Below the pieces are notes generated by a model. It was not told the origin of the DNA. It was given only the letters and a program-made list of their open reading frames with translations, and did not search any database. Position numbers and translations under genes: made by a program. 64,000 bases of DNA from NCBI GenBank assembly GCA_015680685.1, contig MNCI01003159.1, forward strand, positions 321,823 through 385,822. Direction: 5' to 3'. Below, in pieces: positions 50,801 to 63,000 of the stretch; within the stretch, counting starts at the first letter, position 1; every line of letters begins with the position of its first letter. The DNA comes from Gnetum montanum (lineage: Eukaryota > Plantae > Gnetophyta).

Positions 50801-53800
50801 TGCAAAGCAGAAGGGGTGCAGGGGCTTAATGTGGTTGGGATCAATTGTATGATTGAGAACTACGCGGATGATATGATGATTTTCTCACAGGCATCAATCC
50901 CACAAGCATAGGCCATTAATCAAGCACTGGATTGAATGGCTTGGGAGGTAGGGTTGGAAGTCAACTAGGACAATTGCATGGTGCATTTGTTGCAGGTGTC
51001 TTGTTTGGTTCGAGGGAAGATTCTGCAATGTCTGGGGATGGTGACAGAAACTAACCAAGAGGCCTAGCTAAGGCTCCCTATGTTTGGCTTGGAATCATAA
51101 AGAGGCCTAGACATCTCTTATTTCATGGCTGCAATGAAAGGTTGATCATTGGACAATACAATTTTTAACACGGAAAGGGCAAATGCTTTTGGTGAATTTG
51201 GTGCTACTAGCCATGGCCAAATACACAGTGGCCATTGTCGTGCCTCCTGTCGGGGTGGTGGAAAAAGTAGATCAGATTACCCAAAGTTTTATTTGGTCAG
51301 GAGGAAAAGGAGGGTGAAAACTTCATCTGGTGAAGTGGGAAACAGTTGCATGACCACGAGAGGCTGGGGGTCTAGGAGTGCTTAAGTTTTGGGATGTTAT
51401 TATGATGGGTTACCAAACTTTGGTTAATCGTTTAATGCATCCAACTTCTCCAGATGCTCAATGGATTCAGATTATGAGGGCTAAATACACACCATGGCAA
51501 ACAAATTAGCACAATTCAATCATATGGAGAACTATGTGCACACATGTTACCAACATGATGGCTGGTGATATGATGGGCAAGTCACTCCAGGAAATCATAA
51601 AATGGAAGTTCCTAGTGGTGTGGGGGTGGCAAACATTATGGAGAGGTTGTCTACCTAAAAAGTTAAAAGTTTTTCTTTGGCTTATGAATCATGACGTGTT
51701 GCCAGTGCGGGCTGTGTTGCAGGCTCAAGGCCTTCATATATTGTACATCTATCTATTATGTTGAAGGGCCTTGGAGATTGTGCATCACTTTGTTTATCAA
51801 TGGTGTAATCTTGAACTCTCTTTTGTCCATCATGAGCATGCTCTAAAGAGGGATTCAGTGGGCACAACTGTGCTTTGGGCTATGTGGAAGGCAAGGAACG
51901 CACAAGTGTTTAGAGTTGCGAGGTTGCCAGCGCTGCAGCAATTGGTGGCACGAGGGCTTAGGTTGTGGTGGCAAGTGATGGTTGCAATGGGATGGATGGC
52001 CACGTTTGAACCTAATTGCACGGGATTCTAGCAAAATGCTGAGCTATGGCCAATGATCTAGGAGGTGGCATGGGCCGATGTGATGCAATTACTGAGGGGG
52101 GACCCTGATTTGGAGGGTGATACTTTTTTCCGCAATTGGCATGGGGATGTAACAACGTTTTGAGGGATCCACATTCCACTGATTGACAAGGCGATGGCTA
52201 ATTGTTTGGGGGTCACAGCTTCAAGGCAGGTTATTCTGTTGGTGGGTCAAGGTGTTCAAGATATGCACGTTTTCTTCTCCAGGGCTATTCCTAAGACTAC
52301 CAGTGGATAGATCCCAAAGTCAACACTGTAGCAAATTTGGCAGAAAGTGGTGGAGCTTGTGGACCATTACTTTGTCCACTCTAGCAATGTCTCTACGCTG
52401 CAGGGGGTCCACTTTGCGTTTTTGAAATGTCTGAAGTTGGGGAGGTGAGTTAATCTTTTGAGGTATTTCTTAGCCATGTTGAAGCTCATTGGGGGCACCA
52501 TTCGGGTTTAATTCTTGCCCTTTGGCAAGCTATGGTTCTGGCTATGCCAAGATTTGTGCAGCTAGAGCCACAAATTGTGTCCAATAGATGTTTGGGGGGG
52601 GGGGGGGGGGGGGGGGTGTTTGTGTCAAGGCCTACACATGCATGGGATATAGTGGTCGTTGGGCATGGTTCTAGTGAGCCAGTGCCAAATTTGGTGGTCT
52701 AGCTGGAGGCGACACAAACTCAAATCAAGTGGCTAGAGGAGGAGAAAGAGAGGTTAGAGATTGAGACAGAGGCAGCAAGGGCAACTACTGTGGCTAAGGG
52801 GGCCGTGGAGCAAACTTGACGGGCAGAGAAAAATGCTTGGGAGGCAAAGTGGGTAGCTCGCAAGTAGGAGTTTGAGTGCCACGAAGCAACAACAACTTGA
52901 ACAAGAAAGGGACTTTCAATGCAGTTGGGATCTGAAAGAGTCAACCCTTAGGGCTACACTTGAAGATTCCCTTCAAGAACAGGTTAGGGTCGAGTTGCTG
53001 CTTGTTGAGCAACTAAGTGTAGAGCAAAAGAGGGCTGAGCAGTAGGAGCAAGAGCGGGAAAGGCAGAAAGAGGAGAAGTGCATGAGATAGATCAACCAGG
53101 CACATGTGAGTCAGGTTCGAGTGTGGCTATGGTCTAGCAAATGTCCATACGAAGTTATGGGCATTTGCTATGGCACACCATGGGGGGTGCTTCATAGGCA
53201 CATTTGATGGTGGTCGATGAAGCTTCATCCTGATGAAAAAGGATCGAAGGAGAAGCGGGCATGTAAACCTAAGGCATCTAAGCAATTTCAATAAGCTGCC
53301 ACCTACATGGATACTGAGCAGCACTAAGCAGTGTTAGATAATATCCATGCTCATGAGAGGGTGAGTTGTCCGTGTTCGTGCTTGCCATGAAGATTGTAAT
53401 GTTGAGCCATGGGTGGGTGGTGGCTTTGGGGGTGGGGGAGGTTCCCTCCCGCCTTGGGGGTCGTTTGGAAGGGAATGCAGTTTTGTCTTTGGTCTTTTTG
53501 CGATGGGGGGAGGACTTCCCCCCCACCTTGTACATATTTTCATCTTAATATAATTTTCCTTGACCATTTCTCAAAAAAAAAAAAAGAAGAAAAACTTATA
53601 CAAAGAGTAACAAAACAAGAACTTAAGAACTTAATCCAATTTTATCACAACTGTAAAAATTACATGATGTTTGACAATATGATCACACCTGTAAAAAGTC
53701 AACAGCTTATGGACTATTTGCTAAGCCATTAAACTGGAAGCGGAGTTTCCTATTAAAGTACATTTCGATAGGCCCTTCATTTACTCATAGTTGAATTTCA

Positions 53801-56800
53801 ATAGGCTAAATTCTTGCAATAGCATAAAATTAATATTAATCACCTTCCTGCATTAAAGAAGTCTTTCAGTTCCTCGTAGAAAATTTTGAGCTGCTCCACG
53901 AATGCATCACTATACTGTCCAGGTGTCTTCGTCACTGTTTTAAGTAACGCCTCTGTTGCAATCAGGTCCTCTGGGCCAGCATTCCTATGAAGCTTGTTTT
54001 GTATTGTATGTTTAATTTCTTGCTGCATATGAATAAACCATCAATTCTGATATTGCAAGCACAAAATAGAAAAGGGGCTAAATTATATTTAAATGCACTT
54101 TGCAAGAATAGAATATAGAAGGAGGTTGTGTCTGCAAAAATTCATGTAAGCACACACCTTCAGCTCATGAGGAATGTCATTACGATGTGCTATGTCTCTT
54201 ATACGTGTTAGTGGAACTGATGCCGTGAACTCTGACTTGAAGGAAGGTAAACAAGGATGAATCTTCCGAACTACAAGAATTTCCTGCAAATTCCAACATT
54301 TGCTTTGTATCACAGATTTCCCTATTAATAATTCCTTTTAGTGAAAAAAAATATGGCAAACAAAGAGAAATTAAGGTATAAAGGCATTTGCTATTTTGCT
54401 AGAACACTGCATTAAGCAGCCACAATCATTAAAGAAGATCATTTACATTGATGTCCATATCTTATATTTAACTGCCTACACAGAACTTGTAGATATTGCC
54501 CATAAATGTAAACTTTGTGATAGGTTCCCCCAATACATTGTTTCGTTTGAAGCTGAACTTTATCCAATGATCGATATCACAAGATACTTATCCCATCTAT
54601 TGTGGGCAAGCTCCATTTATAGTTTTTATTTTTTAAAATCCATGATCTATCATAGCATAGTCAAAACCATTATCATTTTCTTTTTATCTCACCAACTGAA
54701 GCTGACCATTAAGGTAGGCAGATGATTTTTCAGCTCATCTACCTAACACCAATCTGAATGTTTACCATATCCCCAGGTAGCACATGCCTCAAGTGAATCA
54801 TAAATATGCAATTTACTGGTCAACAAACCAATGGACCATGAAATCAGCTCTCACATCATTCGTTGTCATATCAGGATAGAAAGAATAAAGAATTACCAAT
54901 CCAGAACAAGTTTAAAACTGTAGCTATGCAAAATACATGATAAAGGGCTACAGTAACCTAGGAAATATATGGTGGAAAAACCTGTGGTATGGCAGCTTTA
55001 TCTGACAAAACCCTTTCTAGTTCCCGGAATATTAGTCTAGATATTTCAGCATGTTTATTTGGCCTGTAATGTCCTCCGTCCTCATAGCAAGGAATCTGAC
55101 CTGTGTTAATCCACTGAACAGACCAAAGACTATTAGAAAACAAAAAAGCATACAAAAAACATTATATAAAATTTTGAAGTACCTTTAAGTAGACGGCAAC
55201 ATTCAAAAGTGCCTCCAATCTATTCTCTTTCCCCATGTCACTCATTAAAAGCTCACGCACAACATCTAACTGCACTAGGAAAGAAAAATGAAATCTGTAT
55301 TCAAAAAGCCTAACAACCTCAAAGTTGCATCAAACAAAACCCTACCACTAGAGGTTACTTTGAAAGAAATAAAATTGTTTGTATGAGCAATCATCATAAT
55401 ACTTGAAGTAAACAATGCAACAGGTAAGTATTGCTTTGAACTAATTGTATAACTAGGAAATAAACAGGAAAGTCTCCATGATATTAAAAACTAAGTAGCC
55501 AACATCAAAGATACAAGGTAAGTAGATGACAATAAGCTCAAGATGCATTCAACCTCCCCCATTACATTCCAACTTAGTTTTGAAAATATATCTTTTTAAT
55601 TTGATATTTAAGAAAATCCTTCAAATAGGGTTTCTCTCAGACCTATGCTAAATATTGTAAAACATCTTAGCATACATTTTACCGTATTCTTTCCTAATAA
55701 TGTAACCCTAAATTTGCAGCTACCTCATTCATCCACAAGTATGCATCTCAAATGAATTTTCTCTCTGTTCTTGACATTTCTTGGGTGCTCAACATTTCAG
55801 TTCATATAACATAGCAGTTTTATCCACCATTTTGCAAAATTTCTTTTTATTTTCTTTTTGTCTATCTTGAACTGTATGAAGACATACGGCTTCCATATCT
55901 TGCCTACATTTTGTAGAAGAAACAAGATTCTGTTAGTAACATCCTCTTCAATTTCTCCAAATGTTTGCTTCATTGATCATTTCTAATGAGATTATCACTA
56001 TTTTCATCTCTCTTGGTTCTCGATTTCAACAATTACACCTTCCATATCTGTGTTAGCACCAAACTTGCACTTCATGCATTTGTCTTGTTTCTTGTTAAGT
56101 GATTAGTCTGATTCATCTATCAATCATATGCTGTTTGGAATTAACATTCACAGACGAATATCATCTTGTTAATTGATTTGTAATAACTCTCAAAAAATGT
56201 GTTTAAGACTTTGGCACAAGAGTGGGACTTGTGTTTAATGTAAGGCATGCGACTAAAGCTCAAAGGAGGCATATGGTAAAACCCTCACCCTCCCAGGACT
56301 GCAGGCTGAGGTACAGGCTCGTGGGTTGCAGCTGGAATCAGCTGTAGCCTGCTAACAAAAAAGACTCTTTGGCTTTCGATAGTTTTTTGGGCTTGGCAAC
56401 TTGTAGCGAGGCCTGTTATGGTCATTTCTATCTTAATTGCCTGCATTGCATGAATATCACTCTCCAAACATGAAGAATAGGGATCTGAGGTGGGGGCCAC
56501 AACCATTGAATGTTCTGCCTTGGCTCAACCTAAAGCTTGCTTTTTGGAGGTTGTGCCTTTCTTGGCCTCAGAAGAAACCCTCAGCACAAGTACCAATTCA
56601 GATCCTAAAGAATATAAAAAAGTAACATTTTTAAACTCAAGCAAATCTTCGAAACCCAAAAGAGCAAATATGAGCATGCATTCATCAGTGTCCTCAAAAG
56701 GCAAAGCCTTGTTCTCAAGGACATGCAAGCCTAAGTCAAGCACATATCACTATATATTCATGTCTAGGTTTTCTCCTGTCCTCTTGTTGTTTTTTGGCAG

Positions 56801-59800
56801 TGTTGATTCCTCCTTGTTTAACAAGAGAATCCTGGCCTCTAGTGCCCGCAAGGTCTAATGGAGATGCACATATAGCTTTAGAAGCCAAGATTCTTCCCCT
56901 CCCAAATAATCTACAGTCGATGCCATCCAAGAGTGCAAAAGCTTCCTAATATGGCTTCAATAGCACGACTACATCCAGGTTTTGAAAGTAGATATCACCA
57001 ATGATATCTATAATGATCAAGAAAAGGTATATCCATATTGCCCTAACATCATAGTTACTTTTAAGATGTAATTCACGTTCTTGCTTCTTTTTTTATATTT
57101 TTTCCAAATTTGATTTTTCGTGTGGTTAACTATTTTAATGTTTTTTTTAACGATCGCCTTTTAGTTTAAAAATATCATTGATGAGCCGTAAGTTTCATAA
57201 TACATAACAGGTTTATACACCCCCACTAGGATATCTATTCTTCTTGGTATGCATTATGTAATCTGCTGGAATCCGATAATATGCTTTCTGAAAGTAGATG
57301 AAGAGAATGCATAGAGTCGTTTCTCTAACTTTGTCTTATTTTCTTTTAGTTGAAAAAGCAATAAATTAATCCTATTTTATAACTGATTAGTCTTATACAA
57401 TAATCTAAAGATCATCATAATCTTGGTGCCTTTAACCCATTATGGTATATGAAGGATTGGTAATGATTTTTTCTATGGCCTGCTGAACATATCATATGAA
57501 AATAACATGTGATTTCTCAAGAATGAAAATTGATGCAAGTCTTGTTTAAAATGCAGACCTTCCCACTGTTCAGATTCAAGAGGTATTTGTAATTCACTGC
57601 ATCAAAACTTGAAATATCAGGCATAATGGCAATTGGCATCTTCTTTAAAAACGCTAATATTAAGAAGGTCAGGTATGAATAAGAAATTCCAGGCTCATGT
57701 TCTTTACATTTCAATTTCAGAAAATTTTAAAACATATTTTATCAGCATTTTAAATCAAATTTACATAAGAGATTGTTAATATTGTGACAAACAGACCTGT
57801 AAGCCGATACCATAATTTTACTAATAAAGAGGAAGAAATAAAAATGGATAGAATATCATGATTTTTCAAACACAAAATAGCATCATTCCAGGTAGAAACT
57901 TTTTAAATCCATATTTCAACATGGTGGGCTTCTCTCGTGACTGTAAAATAAGCTGAAAATCTGCATACCATGTCCAAGTAAAATTCGAAGAAATCTTTAA
58001 AAACAAAAAATCAAAATAATTCACCTTTCGCCACCAGTTCCTTGCCTTTTGATCACGTTCCACCAGCATTAGTGCAGGTCCCTCTAACCCTGAGGTATTC
58101 CAGGTCCTTTGACTTTCCCTGCTAGCGTGTTCATTAGATCTCATAAAAACAATATCCTTACCCTGCCATCCCTGAACAAAAGGACTTTCCTCCACCTTGT
58201 CATCAGTTTCAACTGGAAGCTGACTTTCCTTTGAATCTGGTGACACTGGCTCAGCCTGATCGTTTAGCGTTTTCAACTCTAGTAGCTCATGATCTGTTGT
58301 ACTGTCCCAGATACAAATAACTTCAAAGCTTCCTTCTCTTGGGATTTCCAAAACACGATTTTCACCACTCTCCCAAATCAACTTCCCCTTTCCAGTAACA
58401 ATTACAAACTTATATTCAACCTTTTCCCCAGCATTAGCCTCCAAATCCAAAATCCAACCGGACTCTGTCCATGACATCATCTTCTTCTTTTTCCATGAAC
58501 CGAAATCCTTTGATGAACCTAGAATGGCATGGTGTTCACCAAACTTGACTTGATGTTTCAACAGAAAATGTAGTTTCACTTTTTGACAACGATGATGAGA
58601 CTTCATTTTCTCTGCACTGTGGGTGAAACAGGAATTCAAGGAGGGGAAAAAACAAAAATATTAGCAGCCCTTTTTTATCAACTGAACCACAAGTAAACAA
58701 TGATTAGCATTCACATATTCTACGTTCTAAAAATTTCTTTAATCATTTCTGACTGAATAATGTTTCGGGTGAAAAAAAACTATCTCTTGCTGCGGGCCTG
58801 TAAACTAATAAAAATTTCTTAATTAGAAACCAGCTGAAATAAATTTTTAAGGTTAAACGAAAAGATAGGCTCAACCAGAAGAGCATAAAGGCTTAGCATG
58901 TCAGGAATACGGATATCATCATTAGCCTCGTCGACTTTGACAACATTTGTATCCGTTGAGTGAACTTTCACGCATAAAAAGCCCCACTGATCCAATTCTG
59001 GCAAAGATGTCATTTCATGTAGAAGGTAAAAAATACAAAGGGATGGTAGACAATGCTAAAGGGAAGATGAAACTGAAACTAGAAGGTATGTTTTTACTTC
59101 TTAGAGCCTAGAATTTTTACGGATTATGGCTGTTCGCCTTCCACGACTTAAAATGTTGCAACTCACTTATCATCGGGTTAACTGCTGTATGAGTTCTTTT
59201 CCATCATTACAGACCAAAATTAATACTAATCCTCAAATCTTAGACATCATCCAGGAAGGTTGAAGGATAGTGGGGGAAGGGACTTGCCACTAGTTATTAT
59301 CAGTAATACAACGGGTCTTACCACCGGTGATAACAGCAACAAAAATTTATTTTTAAGTCCTAGAAAAGCAATATAGCCCACAAAGTAACCGAAATTATTA
59401 TTAACTCAGCTAACCAAGCTAACTGACGAAGTAGCAACAAAACAAACTATATATATATAAATATATATGGAATGGTTGTCTGAAGAAATAACAAACAATA
59501 TATATATATATATATATATATATGGAATGGTTGTCTGAAGAAATAAAAAACAAACAATATATATATATATATGGAATGGTTGTCTCTACAACAAACAGAA
59601 GGAAAGAATCCCTATTTTGTGACACTGGAATGATTATGTGCGCAGAAGGAAATAAAGAAGTATTGTTTCACAATACAAAAAGTAACAATTATAAGGAGAA
59701 ATAACATCTGTGCACACAGCATCAACGAAAGAGAGGTAAAAATTTCAACCAATCAAAAAATCAATCAATCAAATCAGCCAAAATCAATCGTTGCTCAAAC

Positions 59801-61032
59801 TCAAGCACAAATGTTACAGAGAAGAATGTGCTGCTGCAAACAGAGATTAAAAAAATGCTTCTTCCTATGTAGGATACTTGTACGAACCTCTCAAAGTTTC
59901 TAGCAGAGAAAGATAGGCTGTAGTTTCCACCAGAGAAAATGGCTTTTGGGGACTGGCTGAGACACTCGTTTTCCTATTGTGACTAAATAATGTTTGCTTT
60001 GGTGCTACAGCATTAAAATGCATAAAATAATCACCGAGTGAAACGGTTATGAATGATTATGAAACTGATTATTATCAATAGTAAGTACCATACCCCTAAT
60101 GTTCAACCTTCCCCATCCGTCTTACATACTAATATGTTTTGATTTCCTTTTGATGCTTTCCTTCTACTTTACAAGCTGGTTAGGAAAATCTCGTACGCGA
60201 ATTTTCAAATTCACAAGCTACCAGAGAAGCGGTATCATGCCATAAGATACCTGTCGTCATCGGAAGTGATTCTAAGGTTTTATTGATGGCAACCAAAACA
60301 CTTTCATAAATATATTTAACAAAGGGAATATGGCAGCAAAGCTTATTTAAAGTAACGCAGAAAGCGCATTCGAGTTGGCTTTGCGGTACAAGGAAGGTAT
60401 CACAACAGATTCTAAATTAAGGCAATCTGTTTCGAATCCAGAGAAAACAAACAAGTTCGCCAGGATTAATTTATAGTCTTTGAGTTGAAGGCAACGAGAT
60501 TCTATACCGGTGTCCTCCCTTTGCATCACAGTTCTCGGCTTTGGATATCGTATTGCTTTTTTCGTGGAATCAGATTTAAAGGCATCACTTGTGGACGTTT
60601 CTAACCAATCATTCTCGCCCCGAATTACAATACACGGCACTAAATGCTTTCATGTTTAACTCTGACCAAAATGTGCAGTGTGAAAACGTGAAAATAGCAT
60701 GAATTTCAATCATGTACTTGAAGCAAATAGAGAGGGACTGTGGAGCGTGAAAATAGCGATCCAAAATTCTAGCGAAGGTAAAAAGCCGACCTTTCAACTG
60801 AAGTGGCAGCCGTGGTTGGACTCGAAGAAGAAGCGTAAACTCGATAAGCAATCGATTTGTAATTCCGAAGCCAGAGCGGGAAGAACGCATTTACTCCTTT
60901 ACTTCCAGAGCTCGTATATGCAGATTTTCGACGGAAATCAACGCTTCTCCTCTTCTCCGACGCAGCAACAGTAAGAGAATTCGGAATCCAGACCGGGCAG
61001 CTGCGCACGATAAAACGTTCCGCCGTTGCCAT
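29845..61032 (-). CDS. PWD: Phosphoglucan, water dikinase (PWD/GWD3), chloroplastic, ~1198 aa, 19 exons
   Basis: Exons, all GT-AG and phase-consistent: 61032-60791, 58616-58025, 55269-55183, 55113-54982, 54283-54158, 54022-53844, 44221-44137, 42790-42623, 42502-42450, 32899-32691, 32585-32470, 32361-32291, 32125-32008, 31920-31834, 31697-31611, 31447-31371, 31293-31146, 30975-30858, 30746-29845. Ser/Arg-rich transit peptide, CBM20 ([32 protein letters not shown]), [17 protein letters not shown], phosphohistidine motif [13 protein letters not shown], nucleotide-binding domain [47 protein letters not shown]. Confidence 0.95.
33500..33670 (+). mobile_element. tRNA-derived SINE, family B (Au-like), in PWD intron 9
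   Basis: GGGTTCAAG B-box, body AGAGGTTAGGCTTTTGCTCATCGACCACCCTCCCAAGACCTTGCTTT, ends GATCCTTTT. Matches 6190-6345. Confidence 0.6.
34470..34640 (+). mobile_element. tRNA-derived SINE, family B (Au-like)
   Basis: GGGTTCGAGAC B-box, AGAGGTTAGATTTTTGCTTATCCACCAACCCTCC body, ends GACCCTTTTTT. Confidence 0.55.
34900..35368 (+). mobile_element. Short degenerate L1 3'-end fragment
   Basis: ATTTGGTTTGTGGTGTGGCAAGAACGAAAT encodes [10 protein letters not shown] (plant L1 WxxWxERN motif). A-run at ~35362. Confidence 0.45.
36000..36300 (+). pseudogene. Ty3/gypsy aspartic protease remnant
   Basis: Traces resembling LLDxGxTHxFIS (~36060) and [12 protein letters not shown] (~36215, cf. DVILGMDWL). Confidence 0.45.
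36400..39400 (-). mobile_element. Old AT-eroded non-LTR retrotransposon (RT remnant, non-L1 clade-like)
   Basis: On -: [10 protein letters not shown]-like (~37700-37670), [16 protein letters not shown] (~37517-37470), LIFVDDVAL (~37397-37371). Boundaries are approximate. Confidence 0.55.
39564..40488. mobile_element. Probable old non-autonomous hAT element
   Basis: Imperfect TIR CAATGTT / AACATAG with a near-perfect 8-bp TSD GCGAAAAA (39556-39563) / GGGAAAAA (40489-40496). Confidence 0.45.
41350..42200 (-). pseudogene. Ty1/copia reverse transcriptase (RVT_2) remnant
   Basis: ORF 41526..41783 [44 protein letters not shown] matches copia RT. An ETFAP motif lies near 42120. Confidence 0.7.
43690..43860 (+). 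mobile_element. tRNA-derived SINE, family A2, in PWD intron 7
   Basis: TAGCTCAGTGGTAAGAGC A-box and GGTTTAATTCC B-box. Homologous to 13444-13620. Confidence 0.7.
44520..46705 (+). mobile_element. 5'-truncated L1-type LINE with an extended ORF2 C-terminus, in PWD intron 6
   Basis: zf-RVT ([34 protein letters not shown]), poly-A from 46695, TSD AAACTTATA at 44511-44519 and 46706-46714. Confidence 0.85.
46718..53591 (+). mobile_element. Near full-length (6.9 kb) decayed L1-type LINE in PWD intron 6
   Basis: ORF1 remnant ([21 protein letters not shown]). ORF2 from 48875: [36 protein letters not shown] (APE endonuclease), [24 protein letters not shown] (RT), [11 protein letters not shown] (zf-RVT). 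Poly-A at 53573-53585, TSD AAACTTATACAA at 46706-46717 and 53592-53603. Confidence 0.92.
59445..59586 (+). repeat. Three tandem copies of (AT)n-GGAATGGTTGTCT(GAAGAAATA) minisatellite in PWD intron 1
   Basis: Direct repeats at ~59469, ~59524 and ~59573, separated by AT microsatellites. Confidence 0.8.
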
Positions 61033-62010
61033 ATCAGACGCAATGTGCAGAGCTCAAACTGCTGCAATCGATCAAAAATCTGGATCCTGTATTGCGTCAA
61101 AGAATTTCAGAAACCGACAAAGAAAACAGACCAGGCATGGAGATTGAGATGGACCAGCAGACTTTCATACGATCGTCATGCCGCGAAATTATAAATTGTA
61201 ATCTCTCATATTCGAAATGCTACGTATTTGGACGGACCTGACTCTGTGACTGCATATAACTGTCGTCACGTGAGGTGCAATCCGCGAGAACGCTTTGATT
61301 TCTCGAGCGTTTGCGCCGCATTTGCAGTGGTTGCGCACCTCATCGTTGTTCTTTCTTCGAGTAGTCCAGGCGAGGACTGAGATAGCGTTCCGTTGACGTA
61401 AGTGGATTGGTAAATGTGAATCTGAAATTGGAAAGTGTAGTTTGTTTGGTAGGTTCCCAAACAGACCGTTCCATGCTTTGTATAATTTTCGACATCTCCG
61501 CAGTGGGGACAAATCGTTCCAGGCGCAAAGCGATGGAAATCTGTGTTGACGTTATGGATTGAGCTGTAAGTCACGGGGCTATATCACATTATCAGCTTCT
61601 ATGTATTTTGTTGAACTATGGGATGGTTAAATCCAGAAGGTCTATAGGTGTAACTATAAAATCGATTAGTTTGATCAGCTGAATTTAAGTAAATTTTAAT
61701 GGCATTTTACACACAATTTCATTTTTTTAATCATGTTCCCAACAACGTCTATATAAACCCAAAACACATTAAACTATAATTGTAATAATTCTTTTTATAT
61801 GATGTTTATATATATCAACAACAATGTATTGAGATTGAACGAATGATTTATAGAAGCCCACATTTTAACCAAAAAGCTAGACACATCAATATCGTTAAAC
61901 CTAAGTAAATTGGTACGACCAGTGCAAGGCTTTTTTAAACCGGTTATCTCTCATCACCTTAAATTTCCTTTTTTACCCTTCTAATGTATTTATCTACTAC
62001 TATATATAAT

Positions 62011-62124
62011 TGATGTTAATGAACACATGCACATTGGAAACTAGAAATTTTTATTATGTTTAGGAAATGATGTTGATGAACACATGCACATTGGAAACTA
62101 GAAATTTTTATTATGTTTAGGAAA
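62011..62124 (+). repeat. 57-bp tandem duplication
   Basis: 62011-62067 and 62068-62124 differ by one base. Confidence 0.85.
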
Positions 62125-63000
62125 TCACTAAGGAAGTGTTGGATAGTTTCGAAGCCTTTAACATATTTTTGAAGAAAGTTGAAAACATTATTGATGTAAT
62201 GTCGTAGGCAGATAGGAACACTTTGAAAGAATACAAACAACAAATTACAATTAATATTATAATTCAATTGAAAGTGAGGCAAAGTTAGGAAAAATAAAAA
62301 GATATGTTCTTCATCTTCTATGCTTTGTTTGCATAGTCTGCAATACACTCTTCTTTTAGTAAATTGATCCAACAACCTATCTCAATAAGGAGATGATATA
62401 ATAATGAGGTGTCAAGACTTGGCCTAATAACCACAAGTCATAGGTTCAATTCTACTAGGTAGCATTGAGTTATAAACTTCTATAAATCTTGGGGTATACC
62501 TATGTTTCAATTATTTCGGGTTCAACACCCTTCAATAAGGAGATGTTGAAAGCTCATTCTTGTTATAGTAATTTGATTCCTTAAATGCATAGGAATAATT
62601 GAGAATAGATACTTTTAAGTACTAGATAACAAACCTCCTATCACAAAATATAAATAAAAATGTTTTTTCCTTTTATATTCTTCCAAACTAAGACTTTAAC
62701 TAAACTTTAACTAAGACTTTTTCTTTTGTATTCTTCCAAAAGAGCCATTTGTTTAAAGGAAGACACTTTTTAATTATATTCCATGACTAAAGCCATAATT
62801 TTCCTTAATGAAACCATCTATTTTCTTATGTAGCATTTATCATCTCCTTAGCATAATTGACTTCCTCCATGCAACTTAACTTTTGAATATAAGCAACAAA
62901 TTGACAAAGGGCTTTGACTTCAAGAGGAAGCAAATTTGATTCTAAAAGTAAGATATCATTAGAAGTCTACATTTTCACTCGAAATTCACATACAAGAAAT
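62125..63000 (-). mobile_element. Degenerate non-LTR retrotransposon 3' end
   Basis: ORF 62016..62375 RRVYCRLCKQSIEDEEHIFLF resembles the RxCxxC..EDExHF C-terminal zinc motif of LINE ORF2. Extent is approximate. Confidence 0.5.
62396..62531 (+). mobile_element. tRNA-derived SINE, family A1, with a 14-bp TSD
   Basis: TSD TCAATAAGGAGATG at 62382-62395 and 62532-62545. Body homologous to 8296-8455, A-box deleted, B-box GGTTCAATTC. Confidence 0.8.

Noticed and set aside
46499-52616. Long poly-C/poly-G runs (46499, 47844, 52593; also 4823) as functional G-quadruplex elements
   Set aside because: They are homopolymers in or next to decayed TEs, some next to N bases, so their length is unreliable and consistent with slippage or assembly error.
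55400-57000. Cluster of short ORFs in PWD intron 2
   Set aside because: Probably a decayed TE, but I could not recognise any motif, terminus or TSD.
59445-59586. CRISPR-like repeat-spacer pattern
   Set aside because: The spacers are AT microsatellites in a eukaryotic intron, and there are no cas genes.
59888-59973. Possible extra PWD exon in intron 1 (AG..GT bounded, open frame)
   Set aside because: At 86 nt it would frameshift exon 2. The 19-exon model is already phase-consistent and of expected length.
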